A DNA stretch of 64,000 bases. It comes from Oikopleura dioica (taxonomy: Eukaryota; Animalia; Chordata). The stretch is from NCBI GenBank assembly GCA_907165135.1, contig OU015568.1, forward strand, positions 2,170,001-2,234,000. The letters are read 5' to 3'. Position numbers and translations under genes: made by a program. Below the pieces are notes generated by a model. It did not search any database. It was not told the DNA's origin and saw only the letters and a program-made list of their open reading frames with translations. Shown one piece after another: positions 23,752-36,569 of the stretch (position 1 is the stretch's first letter; each line of letters begins with the position of its first letter).

Positions 23752-24562
23752 TCAGCCAAGATTTTGGGCAATTTGAGGAAGTAGTCCGTCGATAATTCCA
23801 CCTAAAAATCATCATAAATTATCAGAATTATTATCTCACCGATGCTGTCGAAATCGCCAAGAAAATCCAACAAAATATCGAGAATACTCGATCCGGGGTC
23901 ATTTATTGCTTGAAGAATTCTCGCGATCAGCTCGATGAATGTCGCAGAAGCGCTAGAATATAATATTAATCATTGCTTCCGCCCGATTTTACCTGAGAAG
24001 AGTGGTGAGCTGAAGAATGTAGTTAAGATATCCCATAATTGTATTTTTGTCGAAGATAATCCACGGCTCCAGTAGGTCGGCCCAGCCTGCATTTTTAACG
24101 AAACAAGCTTAACAGAAGCTTACCTTGAAGAATGACGTCGAAGTACAGTATCAAATCGTCGATGAATTTGATGCACATGTCCATAATTCTTGTCACATCG
24201 ATGGCGGTTACTTTTTCCGACAGTCCCTTCAAAAAATTTCAAAAAGAGTAAATTTTCCTGAGAACCTGAATTTCCTCTTGAATTAGAATTATATCTTGCT
24301 TCAAGATGAAGTAGGTGTAACGGATATCTTTGAGGATATTTCTGATGATTTCGAATTTTCCGAGAAAAAAGTCGAGATTGTCGAGAAAATTCCCAACGCT
24401 GTTTTCGATGTCTGAGTAATCTCTTCTATGTCTCCAGTTTTGGTCATTTCCTTCGAAAATTGTCGCTTTTAATCCCGCAAGTTCTGAATCTTGACGCTGA
24501 ATCTCATTTTCGAAAATCGCAAAAGCTCCGTAAAACTGAAAAATAAGAAAAGAGACTCTCAT
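23752..24562 (-). CDS. Orphan secreted amphipathic-helical protein with furin site, 5 exons
   Basis: Signal peptide MRVSFLIFQFYGAFA, RHRR motif, four short GT-AG introns keeping frame, ends GGIIDGLLPQIAQNLG*. Confidence 0.7.
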
Positions 24563-24669
24563 TTTTGAATTAATGAACAATTTCCAGTATTCATCTAGGT
24601 GTGATACCGCCCATCCCAAGGCACACAAATGAAAAGAACAAGAATAAATCATTTTATAAGTAATTTTCT

Positions 24670-26310
24670 TTACAGATTTTGAACAGAACACAATCTTCTA
24701 TTTATACAACTTCCCGAGCAAGCAGCACACCACTTTCCATTATCATAAGGCTTTTTAAAGTCGCTGTAAGTATGAGGGACGACGCAGACGAATCTCCAAG
24801 AGTTTGAATTGACGCACTGAAGCTGGGAGCAGCCGATAGAAGAGCCGTTGACAGAAATGAGTCTGGCGTAGTCTTTGCAGGTGTTTTTGAGTTGTTGTTG
24901 CCGAGCGGTGATTTTCGGAGAGACTTTTTTCGGGGATTTCATTTTGCAAAAGGACCCTTTTTTATTCTTCGTGAACTGAGAAAGTTTTTTTTCTATATTC
25001 AAGAGGGAATTTTACCTTGTAAATTTTCTTCCCGGAGCCCCAAAAACTCACTGCCGAACAAACACTCCTCGGCTTGATTTTTGAAAAAGCAATGTTCGCG
25101 TTGAGACCCATTCCAATTATTTCCTCGACCGAGTCTATCTCTCCATTGCAAGAGGCTTCCGCCACTTCGGATGCTTTATGAGCGAGATCGTTTGACCAGC
25201 TGATTTGAGGGAGGTTTTTTGCAGGCGGCTTGACGCTGGAGCGGAGGTTGTTGACGCAGTCGAGCAGCTCTAGAACTTCCGTGGACGTGAATTTGCCTTT
25301 TGTTTCTGGCTCGATCGTCCGCTGAAGAGCCTGGAATGGCAATAATTATTACATATAATTACAACAAAAATAATTATTTATTCTCTTTTACCGATTTTTG
25401 GATGATTCTTCCAGTGAGTTCTTTGACCAATTTAAAATCTCTCAGCGGGCTTATGCACATTCCGTCAAAGCAAGACTCGCCCGAGCACTCCAAATTCGTG
25501 TGCTTCTTTAGAACTCCACAGTTAACATCGTCCTGAATGTGCTCTTCGGCGCAGGAGAAATGCCCACATCCAAAGCAACTGGTGCATTTTGGCCCGACGA
25601 TGTAAGGCGGAAAGTTGACAATGGGTGAGTGAGAGTACTCGCAAACCATCATGAGGGGATTTACGGCGAAGCCAGTTTCGTAATTGGTCTTCACGCTGTC
25701 CGTTCCGGTGCATTGCGTCAGTCCGCATCCGATTCGGTAGACCTTCCAGTTCACCATCGTGACGTAATGGCCGCATTCTTTATTCGGGGCGCAAGATTTG
25801 CTTTCCGAGGATTTTTGACAGATGATTTTCAAGTAAAATTTGGACAAAATTTAAGATATCGAACTTTTGTTCGTCCTCATGCCTGTGATAACTATAATCA
25901 GCTCTTTCATCAAACCAGCTTTTCACAGCATAGTCAGCAATGTCCAGCATTTTCGAATTGAAAAGATACCCTCCATCGTTAGGAAAAACCAACAGAAGAT
26001 TCTCTCCGATTAGTTCGGAAAATGACGAGTGTTTCCGATGAGGATTGTGCTGAAAAATGCATCTGTCCGCATAATTCTGAGCGACCGAAGCTAACTCTTC
26101 ATCCCAACTGACTCTTCTCAAGTTACTCGCGGCTGGAATCACCTTTGATCTGTAGTAATTCGTTCTGTCGACGATTCTGGCTTTCTGCTCTTCTGTCAGT
26201 CCGCTCATCCCTTTTACTTTGGTGAAACCAGTTGAAAGATCGCGACGCAAACGCTCCGTGGAGTGATTAGTGGAACTAGCTGAAAAGATTTTCAAGGAAG
26301 CGGAATGCAA
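24670..26310 (-). CDS. CAP-superfamily (CRISP/PR-1) protein with two CAP domains and Cys-rich tails
   Basis: IVDRTNYYRSKV.P.ASNL..VSWDEELA..AQNYAD.C.F.H, IGENL and CGHYVTMVNW...IGCG in domain 1; a degenerate second CAP domain (NNLRSSVKPPAKNL..ISWS..LA). True start and signal exon unresolved. Confidence 0.85.
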
Positions 26311-26812
26311 AAGTTTATTGACACTGGAAGGAAATCCCCGCTCGAAAAGGACGTCGGGGATGGTGATCTTTTTGGAGCGTAATTATGAGAACGCAAAAAA
26401 AATATTTTTCATTGAAATTAAAAAGCATGCTTTTTGTTTTTCTTTTGAAAATTTTGTAAATGATTTTGAAATGCTTTAATCATTTTGTCTTACCCTGAAA
26501 AAGATTTGTTGCTGGAGCAAATTTATTTATCTCTAGCGAAAAAACAAAATAGAATAGCTGAAAACCTAGTTTCATATTAAAAGTCTTTCTCTCTTTCCGT
26601 TTCTTTATCGAAAGTAGAAATGAATTGCTTCCAGAGTAATTATGCTCAACTAAGGGTACCGCGCGGTCTGGAAACAGCGCCGCCCAAGCCGCGTCAGCTT
26701 CTAAGAAAACCGCGATTCATAAAGTTACTTGGCTTTGCTTTAGAGAGCGCAGAGGAGAAGGAAAAATATAATGTAACATTATGTCAAGTTTTATTGAGTT
26801 TGCATTTTCAAG

Positions 26813-27452
26813 CTATTCTTGATCTGGGTAACAGATGACCTCAAAGGGGGCGAAGGTCTTCTTTTCTTCTAAGCTTGGAGGAATACAGTTGCACCAGGGC
26901 ATTTCGCAAGTGCAGACATCCCAGCAATTTGAGAAATCGAACTTAACAAAAAATTCGTCTCAACTAATTTTTACATCTTCTCACCGAAGCTTCATTTGTG
27001 CAAATAACGAACTCAAGGTAGTTTAGTTCACCAGACTCGTAGCCATCTTCACATGCTTTGAGATCTTCCTCGAGAATGGGGGCGCATCTGAAATCAAAAT
27101 TAAAAAATCAGTCCTCATATTTTGACAAACCGGAGGATGCAGGTTCCATCAGCTTCAACACATCCATCAGCAAGGACGCACTCCTCAAATTCTTGAACGG
27201 GTGCTTCCATGCATCGATAGTAGTCCTCAGTTTCCCACTCGAATTCGAACTGGCATTGGATGTCCTTTCTTATCAGATCGACAACGCAGCTCAAGAAGCA
27301 CTCGTTTGATTTGTTTTCGTTCTCAAGGCTTTAAAATTTGATTCAACGATTATTTGAAAACAATACTTGTTAGCACGTAGTCGTGTCCGAACATCGGGAT
27401 GAATAAAAACAGAAGCTGATGCAGAAGCGAAAATCGCTACGGAAAGCTTCAT
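26813..27452 (-). CDS. Secreted Cys-rich protein (paralog B), 4 exons
   Basis: MKLSVAIFASASASVF...; ends CWDVCTCEMPWCNCIPPS...VICYPDQE*; same intron positions as paralog C. Confidence 0.85.
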
Positions 27453-27709
27453 GGACCATGAATCATGGTAATTTCTCTGGAAGAGGTCAATGAGACGGAC
27501 AAAGTTCATAATGGTGCCATAAAAAAGCATTTGCAGTTTTACTCATTAAAATTGGCGGAAATAGTTTATGGAACATTTCGCAATTGCGTAAGTAAGACAC
27601 ACCTTCAGACAGATCTATCAACTTTGGAATGCTTGGGAACTATTTCAGCTGTTGATTTGCATGATCCAAAACGCTTCTCACAAGAATTCAAAGAGAAAAA
27701 AAAAACAAA

Positions 27710-28352
27710 ATGAAGGTTTTTGGATCAATTCTTGCCTCTGCTTCTGCCTCGGTCTTCGTTCACCCCCATGTTCATACAAGACTTCAGGCTGCCGGGTACG
27801 TGAGTTTTTCGGAATTTTATCCAAACAGTATTATTAGACTTGAAAAAGAAGGCAAGAGTATCGAGTGCTTCTTTACTTGCATGGGCGACTTGATGCGCGC
27901 TGATATCAAGTGCAGCTTCGAGTTCGACTATCAATCCGAAGAGTACTACCGATGCATGGAAGGTCCAAACCAAGAGTTTGAAGCGTGCATTCAAGCTGAT
28001 GGCTGTATTGAAGCCGACGGAACCTGCATTAATCGGTTTGATTCCCACGTTTTAATGTAAAGTGACATTTTTTAGATGCGAGCCAATTCTTCTTGATGAC
28101 ATTGATGCCTGCGAAGAAGGACTTGCTTCTGGCGAGCTTGCATACTTGGACTACGTCATTTGCATGAATACCGCTTCCGTACGACAAATTTGACTAAAAT
28201 TTTCTTCAAAAGTAATTAAGCTCAACTTTTCTAAATGTTGGGATGACTGCACTTGCGAGATGCCCTGGTGCAACTGTATCCCACCAAGCAAGGCTGAGAA
28301 GCTCTCCTGGCTTCCATACGATGTCATCTGCTACCCTGATCCAGAATTCTAA
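27710..28352 (+). CDS. Secreted Cys-rich protein (paralog C), 4 exons
   Basis: MKVFGSILASASASVF...; ends CWDDCTCEMPWCNCIPPS...VICYPDPEF*; 16 Cys; head-to-head with paralog B. Confidence 0.85.
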
Positions 28353-28712
28353 TTTTTATTTTGTCAACAGAATCAAAATACATGCTATTATTCAGCTTAT
28401 AGTTTCCTCTTTTGTCGTGTTTTATGTTTGCGTTGAAAAGCTTCTACCAAATTTTCCATAAGCAAAAGCGTAAATACCTATCGAATTTATGTCATATAGA
28501 GTTGACTCTAGAAAATTATTTGTCGTAACTTTTTTTAAAGCCTCAAAATCTTAAAAGAAATGAATCAGATTGTTTTTAGTTTCTCCATCTTATATTTTGA
28601 TTCTGTTGATTTGATTGATCATCCCTTCTTGAATAAATATATCTCGCTCCTTCTGGGCAGTGTCCAAAATAAAGCGAAATCAGCTTCCAAAATCATGATT
28701 TTTCCAAAAAAG

Positions 28713-31147
28713 ATGAAGCTTTTCATATTTTTTATTTTCAATTGCAAAGCGCAGCTAGAAATTGAAGAGAATCTTGTCCCGATGAGTGAGTGGTCGCTTT
28801 CTCTGACTACAGAAGAGACACCCTTAAAAACGACGACGGCAGAATTGAGAGAATCGACGATCGAGATTTTTACTGATAAATCATTTGATACAACAACAAC
28901 AACGAAAACAATTGAAAATGATGTTTTTACGACAATCCAGGTTTTGGCTTGAGATTAAGATTCGAAAATTTAAGGGGACTATCTTTGATAAGACTCCTAT
29001 CATAAGAGCCTTTTGTAATTTTCAATGTATCCCTTCTCTGAAGCCAAATTTTCGACAACAACAACGAGTACGCCAAAACAAATCGACAATTCCGCAAAAC
29101 TCATACTCGGAAACATGGTCTACCGCCGCGAACGACTCAAGAATCTCGCAAAAAATCTTTATCAGAAAAATCAAGATCTAAAGAAAGAAATTGAAAGAAT
29201 CAATATCAAGTTGAATAATACGAAAATCTTCGCTGATGAGAAAGAAAATCTAAGAATCGAGCAAATCCAAAAGCTGGAAAATGATTTGGAAGAAACGAGA
29301 CAGGATTATTACGAGAAGTTGATTGAAAATGGAGAGCTAGACAGAGAGTTGAGGGTTGCAAAAGGAAGAGTGGAAGCTCTAACTGGAGAAAATTTGAAAT
29401 TGACGAGGAATATGACTGATTTTCGGTAAGTTATTTCAATAAAATGATCTGTAAGGAGTCTTTACAGATACGCATTCTGAAGTAGCTATCTTATTCTCCA
29501 AGTTAGTTTATCTATGGTCAATGAAAGAAATCATTTTCATTGAAAATCATAATAATATAATAATTATCTATTTTATATATTTTCAACTTTCACATGTGCC
29601 TTGAAAAGATAAATTAAGTTTCTCTTTTGATAACAGCAGCTCATAGAATTTTTACTTCAGCTCATCGATGAATTCATACAGTCGAGAACGCCAAATCAAA
29701 GAGCTCGAACTCAAACGGCTTCTGATGACATGCGAAGAAAATTCGATCTCCCGAGAAAAAGAACTGAACAGCTGGAAGCTTCGAAACGAAAGATTCGAGC
29801 AAAACAACCGCGACCTCATCAACCAAAACAAGCTCATTCGTGATCAGATCATTGCCACTACCGATGAGCTCGATCGATGCCGACAGAAAGAGAAGCTTTT
29901 TGAAAGAAATTGCAATTGCGAAAGCTTCAGGATTCAAGCAAACTCATGCCAGGTCAAATCTTCGTGGCTGGAAGCTGTCAATCATCAGCAAGAGCTGAAT
30001 TTCGAGTCGACGAAGCAAAATAAAGGGTCGAAGATATAAAAAGGGAATCTTCTGAAAATTTTTTGTTGAAAATTTTGATAAAATAAGCCTCCTTCCTTGC
30101 CGAAATCCTCAAACAGAATTCGCCAACAAGCCGAACGCGAAATCACATCTCTTCAACGACAGCTTAAAATCTATCAAAATCAAGGTAAAAGATCGGAACC
30201 ATTCTCTATACGAATTTCATAAGAAAAGATAGGCAACGAAGAAACGAAACTGAGCGAGTAGCGACCGAATTTCACCAGTTCAAGATCAAATACCACGAAA
30301 TCGAGACCAATTTAATTATGGTGCGAGATCTCTTAATCTTTACAAAGCCACTGATTTTCCACCAAAAAATAAGAACGATGTAGAAACGATCGAAGTTACG
30401 CATGCCAAAATCGCCGAGAAGCAGCAAATCAATCGAATCAAAATCAGGATGATGTGTTGAAATGTCGGGCGATGCTTGAAGCTCTGAAGAAACAATCAGC
30501 TTTGAGGATCCGATCGGTTGAGTTTGAAGCAAAGACTTGGAGGACGAAACATACGGAGGAGTCAGATAGAAACACACAATTACAGTATGAGAAAAAGTAA
30601 GCCAAAGTTTGCTTCTCGTTGAAATTAATTATAATTCAGCATTTGCGATGAAAGACTTCTGGGAAAAACAAGTGATTTGAACGCAACCGAATTCGAAAAA
30701 GACCGCCTTCAAGATGACCTGTACAAATGCCAAGACGACCGAGATTATGCGGACAAAACTTTTGCGATAAAAGAGTCTGATTTGCGGCATGAAATCTCTG
30801 TAGTTTCAGAAAAGTACAACAAAGAAGCTGATCAGCGCGAAAGACTAAGTCGGAAATTGTCGCAGCAACGAAAACGGATTCAAAATGTTTGTTCTGCACT
30901 TATTTTCATTTCTTACATGTTTGAAGCTCTCAGCAGCTTGCAATGGAAAAGATCAAGACGATTTACGATCGTGTCCGATTTGCGAGGAAAAATTGCCAAG
31001 CCAGACTGAACCAATTCCCGCGGTAGGGACAAGAAGAATTAAAATAATGACAAATTTTTCAAGAAAGTCGAGCTAGAAAAAATCTCCATCGACATGGAAC
31101 AAGCCACAAAAGATGAAAAATCGCTTGTCCCCGAAACCTCTCCGTAA
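28713..31147 (+). CDS. Long coiled-coil protein with signal-like N-terminus, Thr-rich segment and C-terminal CPIC motif
   Basis: ORF fragments 28560-28952, 29025-29429, 29668-30039, 30677-31009 and 30885-31076 are E/K/Q-rich heptad sequence joined by introns; ends ...VPETSP*. Some internal junctions unresolved. Confidence 0.6.
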
Positions 31148-31416
31148 AATCTCCTTTTCCTGACCGTGACAGTAACCAAGAGCTCTGACTGAAAAATATT
31201 TTCAAAATAAACAGCGAAAAACTATTCTGTAGGAATTCTGAGTTCTTGCTATTTGCTTTTGTACTACTGGTAACAAGGTAACAAGGCAAGGGTGTTTGCT
31301 TTATGCAAACGTGGAAATTTCGATAGTGCTAATGTAAAAAATTATTGTGGAAACAAGAAAAAAATCAATTCATATTTCGAATGTCAAGGCGGATCTAAAA
31401 AGAGAGACAATATAAA

Positions 31417-33272
31417 ATGGGCTGTTCAGAATCTAAAAATATTGTTGAACCCTCCCTTGACGCTGCTCCCGAAGAAAAAGAGAAAACTGCTGCGAAAGAA
31501 CAAGAGAAAAAGACAGAAATTGTTCCGATCACAAGCAAAAACGCCAAAAGCCAAACAGATGAGCTGCCAGAGAATTTCCCGATTGAGGCAAAAGTAAAAA
31601 TTGTACAGTCCAAAGATGTTCAAACTCAAGAATCAAGGAATGGAGTTTTGATGCTTTGAGCACTCTCCGGTATTCTACTATAAAGAAAAACCCTATCAAA
31701 AGCACTTTTCAAAATTATCCAGTCACTCATTTCACCCCAAACGATTTTCTTCCTTTTGGATATGACCCGAAGGATCACATGATAAATGATGTCGATAAAA
31801 TACTTCAAGCGGAAGAAAAGACAGTTGTGAATCCCTTTCTTTATGTTGGAACTCTGGAAACTCCGAGATCCTCGATTAATGAAAGCAAAAATGACCAAAC
31901 GACACAAACTGACGAGCCTTTTATTCTGGAGAGCCAGAATAATGATTCGACGGAAGCACAAATCCTTAAATTAGCTGCACTGAATAAAACGCTCCAAACT
32001 CATGACAGCCACAAACACGGAACAATTGATGGCGACTACCAGCTCGCGTTGAAGCTGCAAGAAGAAGACTACAGTCAGCTTGATCGAATGGAAACAAGGG
32101 ATCTTATTCAAATTTCAAATCCCGGGAGGAGAGATACACCAGAAATTGAGGCTCCTGTTGAAAAGAAAGATCATTATCCATCGCTTGAAGAACCAGCTGG
32201 CGTGAGAAAAATGTACTTGGCACAAGGCTTCAAAGACTATCATATTGAAGCGCTTTTTCGTCATAATTTTTACAGGGCGTTTCATCCTGGCACTAAATCT
32301 TTAACGTTGAGGTAATTAAAGAGCCATAGTTGTTTTTATTGATTTCTAGCATGATGTTGTGTGATCAAGCTCAAGCGAGTGCCGACCAGCAAGCGGAAAT
32401 GAATGTTATGGGCCATGTTACTGAAAGAAAAGGAGCCGGGGAAAACCTCCATTTTTGTCATTACGAGTATTATGCGAAATCTCCATCAAAAATGACTGTG
32501 GGTGGAACCGACCGCTTTTATGGCGAAGTGACTGATTTTCTGAAAGGATTCAATCATGAAACAAAGATGCCCGATAAAAGCACATTCTTAAAATGGGGTC
32601 ATTACAGTCAGTTGATTTGGAAAGACACCTTTGAAATGGGGGTCGGATTTGCCAAATTCACGGACCCGATAAAAGCTGGCTACCCAATGATCGTCACTTA
32701 TCGGTACCGCTCTCACGGAAATTTCAATGACCAATATCCAACGAAATGCTCATTGCCGCAAAAATCTCTTTCTGAAATCAAAGAGATAATTAACCAGTGG
32801 CAAGAAAGAAGAGTTAATGCAATTATTGATGACGAAGAAGCGCTTGACTCGAAATTCAGAAGACATGGTATTCAGGAATGGCAAATTGACGCGTGGAGAC
32901 ATTTCAATGGCATACGATACAGTCAAGGTCTACCACCTGGTGATTATAAATTTCAAATTTGGAATATTTAATTATTTTTAGTCATGCTTGATGTTGATCT
33001 TTGTGTTCAATGCTGCACAAATGATGGAAAAGGATATTGGTCAATGTGGACGACGGCTTCTTTAGAGGGGAAAAGCTTGGATCGATTCGTTCAAGGTTGA
33101 TTATATTACTACTATTATTTTATTGTTAAAAATATTCCTTACCAAAGATTACTTTACGAACCAGGCGAAAGAAATCTTCAAACAAGAGGCCGACTTGGCT
33201 TTCACTTCCTTTGGGCTTGCTGTTGAAATTCAACCAAGAAAAACAGAACTAAGATGTCGTTTCAGTAACTAA
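31417..33272 (+). CDS. GAPR-1/GLIPR2-like CAP protein with N-myristoylation motif
   Basis: MGCSES N-terminus; ALFRHNFYRAFH...AQASAD; GHYSQLIWKDT.EMGVG.AK...VTYRY..HGN; frame restored by a 44-nt GT-AG intron near 31596-31639. Confidence 0.75.
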
Positions 33273-33700
33273 TTTTTATAATGAATAAATGTTAGTTTTA
33301 CAAGTTTTTGTTGATTACAACGCTTACTCGAAAGCTTGAAAATGCCACTTGCGATCACGTGAAATCTTAGTAAGATACTTGTCAGCTTGAACAACAGCAC
33401 AAATCCGAGTAATCATGCCGGCTTTTATCGTGACTACAACGGCAGGTTTACTACGCAGCCATTTTAGGAGAAGATCACTTCTCCTTGCTGTCAATTCTTA
33501 GCGGTTGTCAGTAATTCTGTCAGGTATTCATGGTTAACCAACAATTATTGAGAGAATATAGTCTGCATTTTATAGATAAAGAAATGGTCACAAATTCTGA
33601 CTACAAAAATACGTATTCTCATTCATCGGAGAATCAATATTTTTTTGTGAAATTGAACAGATGAAATAATTTTCTGTTCTCTGATGAGTAGAACATAGAG

Positions 33701-33863
33701 AGGGGTTATCATTCGAGCCTTTGATTCGAACCATCCAATATCTCTAGAATCGTGTTTAGTGAGTAGGGTAAGGAACTGGGAACTCTTAAAAGAGGTCTGG
33801 GGGGTTTCGCCCCTCGAGTTAGGTTTAGGGTAAGGGTTAGAGGCAGCTCGAATGATAACCCCT
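33701..33863. mobile_element. MITE containing TTAGGG-like repeats
   Basis: 18-bp TIR AGGGGTTATCATTCGAGC / GCTCGAATGATAACCCCT followed by TA; internal GTTAGGTTTAGGGTAAGGGTTAG. Confidence 0.7.
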
Positions 33864-34834
33864 TACTACCGAATAGAACCTATTGGTGGATTCGCAAAAT
33901 ATGTAAAAGCAATTGACAATGTACATTTTATTATGATTATTTGTACAGAGAATATAAAACAGAGATATGTTCAATTTTGTCAATGGAACGATTTTTGGCA
34001 AGAACATGCATCTATGAAATCCACTCCGATCAAGTTTCCAAGATTATTGGCTAAGTAGACTCGGTGAATTTCGGTCGGCAAGCATGGTTTCTTACAGTAT
34101 GATTTGTTGTAGAAACTAAATTGGAATACTCAAATTGCTGCAAAACATAAGAAAAGAAGAGCTTACATTCCAGATTCACGAACAGGCTTCCAGTGAACTC
34201 TGCATTTGCCACAAGATCGCAAGATTGCACCTTCGTTGAAATTAATAGTTAAAAAGAAAATGAATAAAATTCTCATTTTATAATTCATGAATGATTTAAG
34301 TAAGAGAAGAACATCAAGTTTCCTTTTATACTGATAAAAACCACGGAGACCGCCAGCGCCCTCCCGTATCAAGATGACATCGACGTAAAAATACGGGATA
34401 TCTCACGTTATCCGACCTTTACTCATGCGCTGCTAACTTTGGACAGAAAATGAACCTTTGCAGCTTTCTTGGGAGTTTTCAGTTTCGGACAACACTATCG
34501 GCGGCAACAAGATTTTCTACGAAAATAATGTCCTATTTTTTGTCACATATTGGGTCACATTTCGGAAGAAAATTTGAATCATTCAAAATTACCCCTATTT
34601 TGTGCAAAACGGGCTTCCTTTGAAGTCGGCGGGAGGGTTAACTAGAGTACTAATCAAAATCGGGCTTTCAGAGGCATCACAGAAAGGTTTAAACTTTCTT
34701 TTGACATATAAGGAATCTTGAACAACCAAAGTAAAGGTACCTATACCGGGAACAAAAGTTGGCTAAAAATCGTTGTTGACACCCTTAATTCACATTTTTG
34801 CTTCTTGATTTTCAATTTACATTTCAATTTGAAA

Positions 34835-34945
34835 GGGGCGACTTTCTAGAAGTAAGACTTTCTGGAATATTAGATTTTCTGGAATTCCAGAAAATCGCCT
34901 TTTCCAGAAAATCTAACTTCCAGAAAATCGCCTCTCTCAGATTCT
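34835..34945. repeat. Short foldback built from TTCTGGAA/TTCCAGAA units
   Basis: GGCGACTTTCT...TTCTGGAATTCCAGAA...AGAAAATCGCC inverted arrangement. Confidence 0.5.
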
Positions 34946-35422
34946 AAAAATAGGAACTGAGATTTCTTTTTTTAGATTTTTTGTACTGTGGGCAGATTTG
35001 ATAATCCCGAGAATTATGACTGATAGTCGTAAAATTTTCCTGGAGGAAATAATCCTGGAAAATTGGCACCCATTAGGACTCTGATCGCAGGTGACATCAT
35101 GACGAATACAGACCGATTGTAACGTAAGAGTTACGTCGTAGCGGACATTTTGACGTTGTACGTAAGAGCTTCATTCTAACATTTCCGAAACGACCGGAAG
35201 GGCACTTTAAGAAGTCAGGCTAATCAAGTTGACTTTTAACTTCCCTTTAGCACATATCTATGTCTACAAATGTACGTCAAAAAGGATAGTAAAGACCTCG
35301 TTTGGTGGGGTGAATCGCGAATGACTCAAGTTTTAATATTCATGCATCCATATAAAGAATAATATCATAGACTAGCCGACGGTATTCAGCTCTTAAAGAA
35401 TACATTTATGACCAGAAACGAG

Positions 35423-35488
35423 TGGAGGACTCTCGCCCAAGTGGACTCTCGCCCAAGTTGGGCGAGAGTCCTTTTGGGCAAGAGTCCA
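35423..35488. repeat. Mini foldback repeat
   Basis: Two direct GGACTCTCGCCCAA units followed by two inverted TTGGGC(G/A)AGAGTCC units. Confidence 0.7.
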
Positions 35489-35892
35489 TGTGGAAATTTT
35501 CAACAATGAGAAACATTTCGATCTAGTGGGTTTATGCAGAATTTTTATTCTCGTTCATGACTCAAGGATCCATGAGTCAAGAGGTTGACAGGAACAGTAT
35601 TTACAGTATCTAAAAAAGAGTTACAAGTCCCTGAAACTAAGCATAAGCTGAGATTTTTGAAATTCTCTATATGAAGATTCATTGGAAAGATGACTAGCCT
35701 CTACCCTATAGAGAAATTTTGGTCTCTATTTCATTTTAATTAAGTAAATACGAAACATATGACACAACTTATCCTCCTTTAAAGCGCCTTGCGCCTCATA
35801 ATTGAGGGCGCCCCCGGTCATTTTACGCCCTATAAATACGGACTATCACCGTTCTATAATCACAGAACAACAAAAAGTTCAATAACAAAAAA

Positions 35893-36179
35893 ATGCTTGT
35901 TTCGAATATTGTCGGACTTTCAGCCACAACTCTTGCCGCCAGTTTGGGCAGCCAATGCAACTCCTGCCAAGTTCAGTACCAAGCTAAAATCGACCATGGA
36001 ATGTAAGTCGCTTTCATATCTCTTGGACTTTGGTTTAATTTCTTCATTTCAGGATGTACATACAGTCTTACTGTGCCTACCCATGCTCTACGCAGCAATC
36101 TCACACGGAATTCTACATGGTCAACTTTGAACTCGTCCCGGTAGATGTCATTGACAGCTGCGCATGTCAGCTTCTTTGA
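35893..36179 (+). CDS. 78-aa secreted six-Cys mini-protein, 2 exons
   Basis: TATAAATA at ~35833, ATG 35893, signal peptide, GTAAGT...TTTCAG intron; MLVSNIVGLSATTLAASLGSQCNSC...YCAYPC...VIDSCACQLL*. Confidence 0.8.
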
Positions 36180-36569
36180 ATTCCTTTTTTTGTAATTTTC
36201 TTTACTGTCAAACTGATATCTGTACAGACCAAAATAAAAACCGTCCATTTCTTAATACGATCATTCTTCTACGACCAGGCTCTTCAATATCTGATTTTCT
36301 CCCGATAAAAGAGTTCGTTTTCTCAGATAATGAGGAATGACGATAATTTCGGGCATTAAATTTCCTTCGGGCATGACCCGGTTATTTTTGGGTGTCCATT
36401 GTCTTCTGATAAATGCTCAATTAGATGAATCGTTTTGTCATTTATTTTCTAAGATGGCTTTTAACTGCTTCCTCGTGACGTTACCTCAGGAGAATTTTCA
36501 ATACAAACGCAACATTTTATTCAAGCAACAAGTTAACAATCAGTATTTGAGACATAAAATTGAAAGATT

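Noticed and set aside
34835-34945. Heat-shock-element-like TTCnnGAA array
   Set aside because: Better explained as a foldback repeat; no adjacent heat-shock gene.
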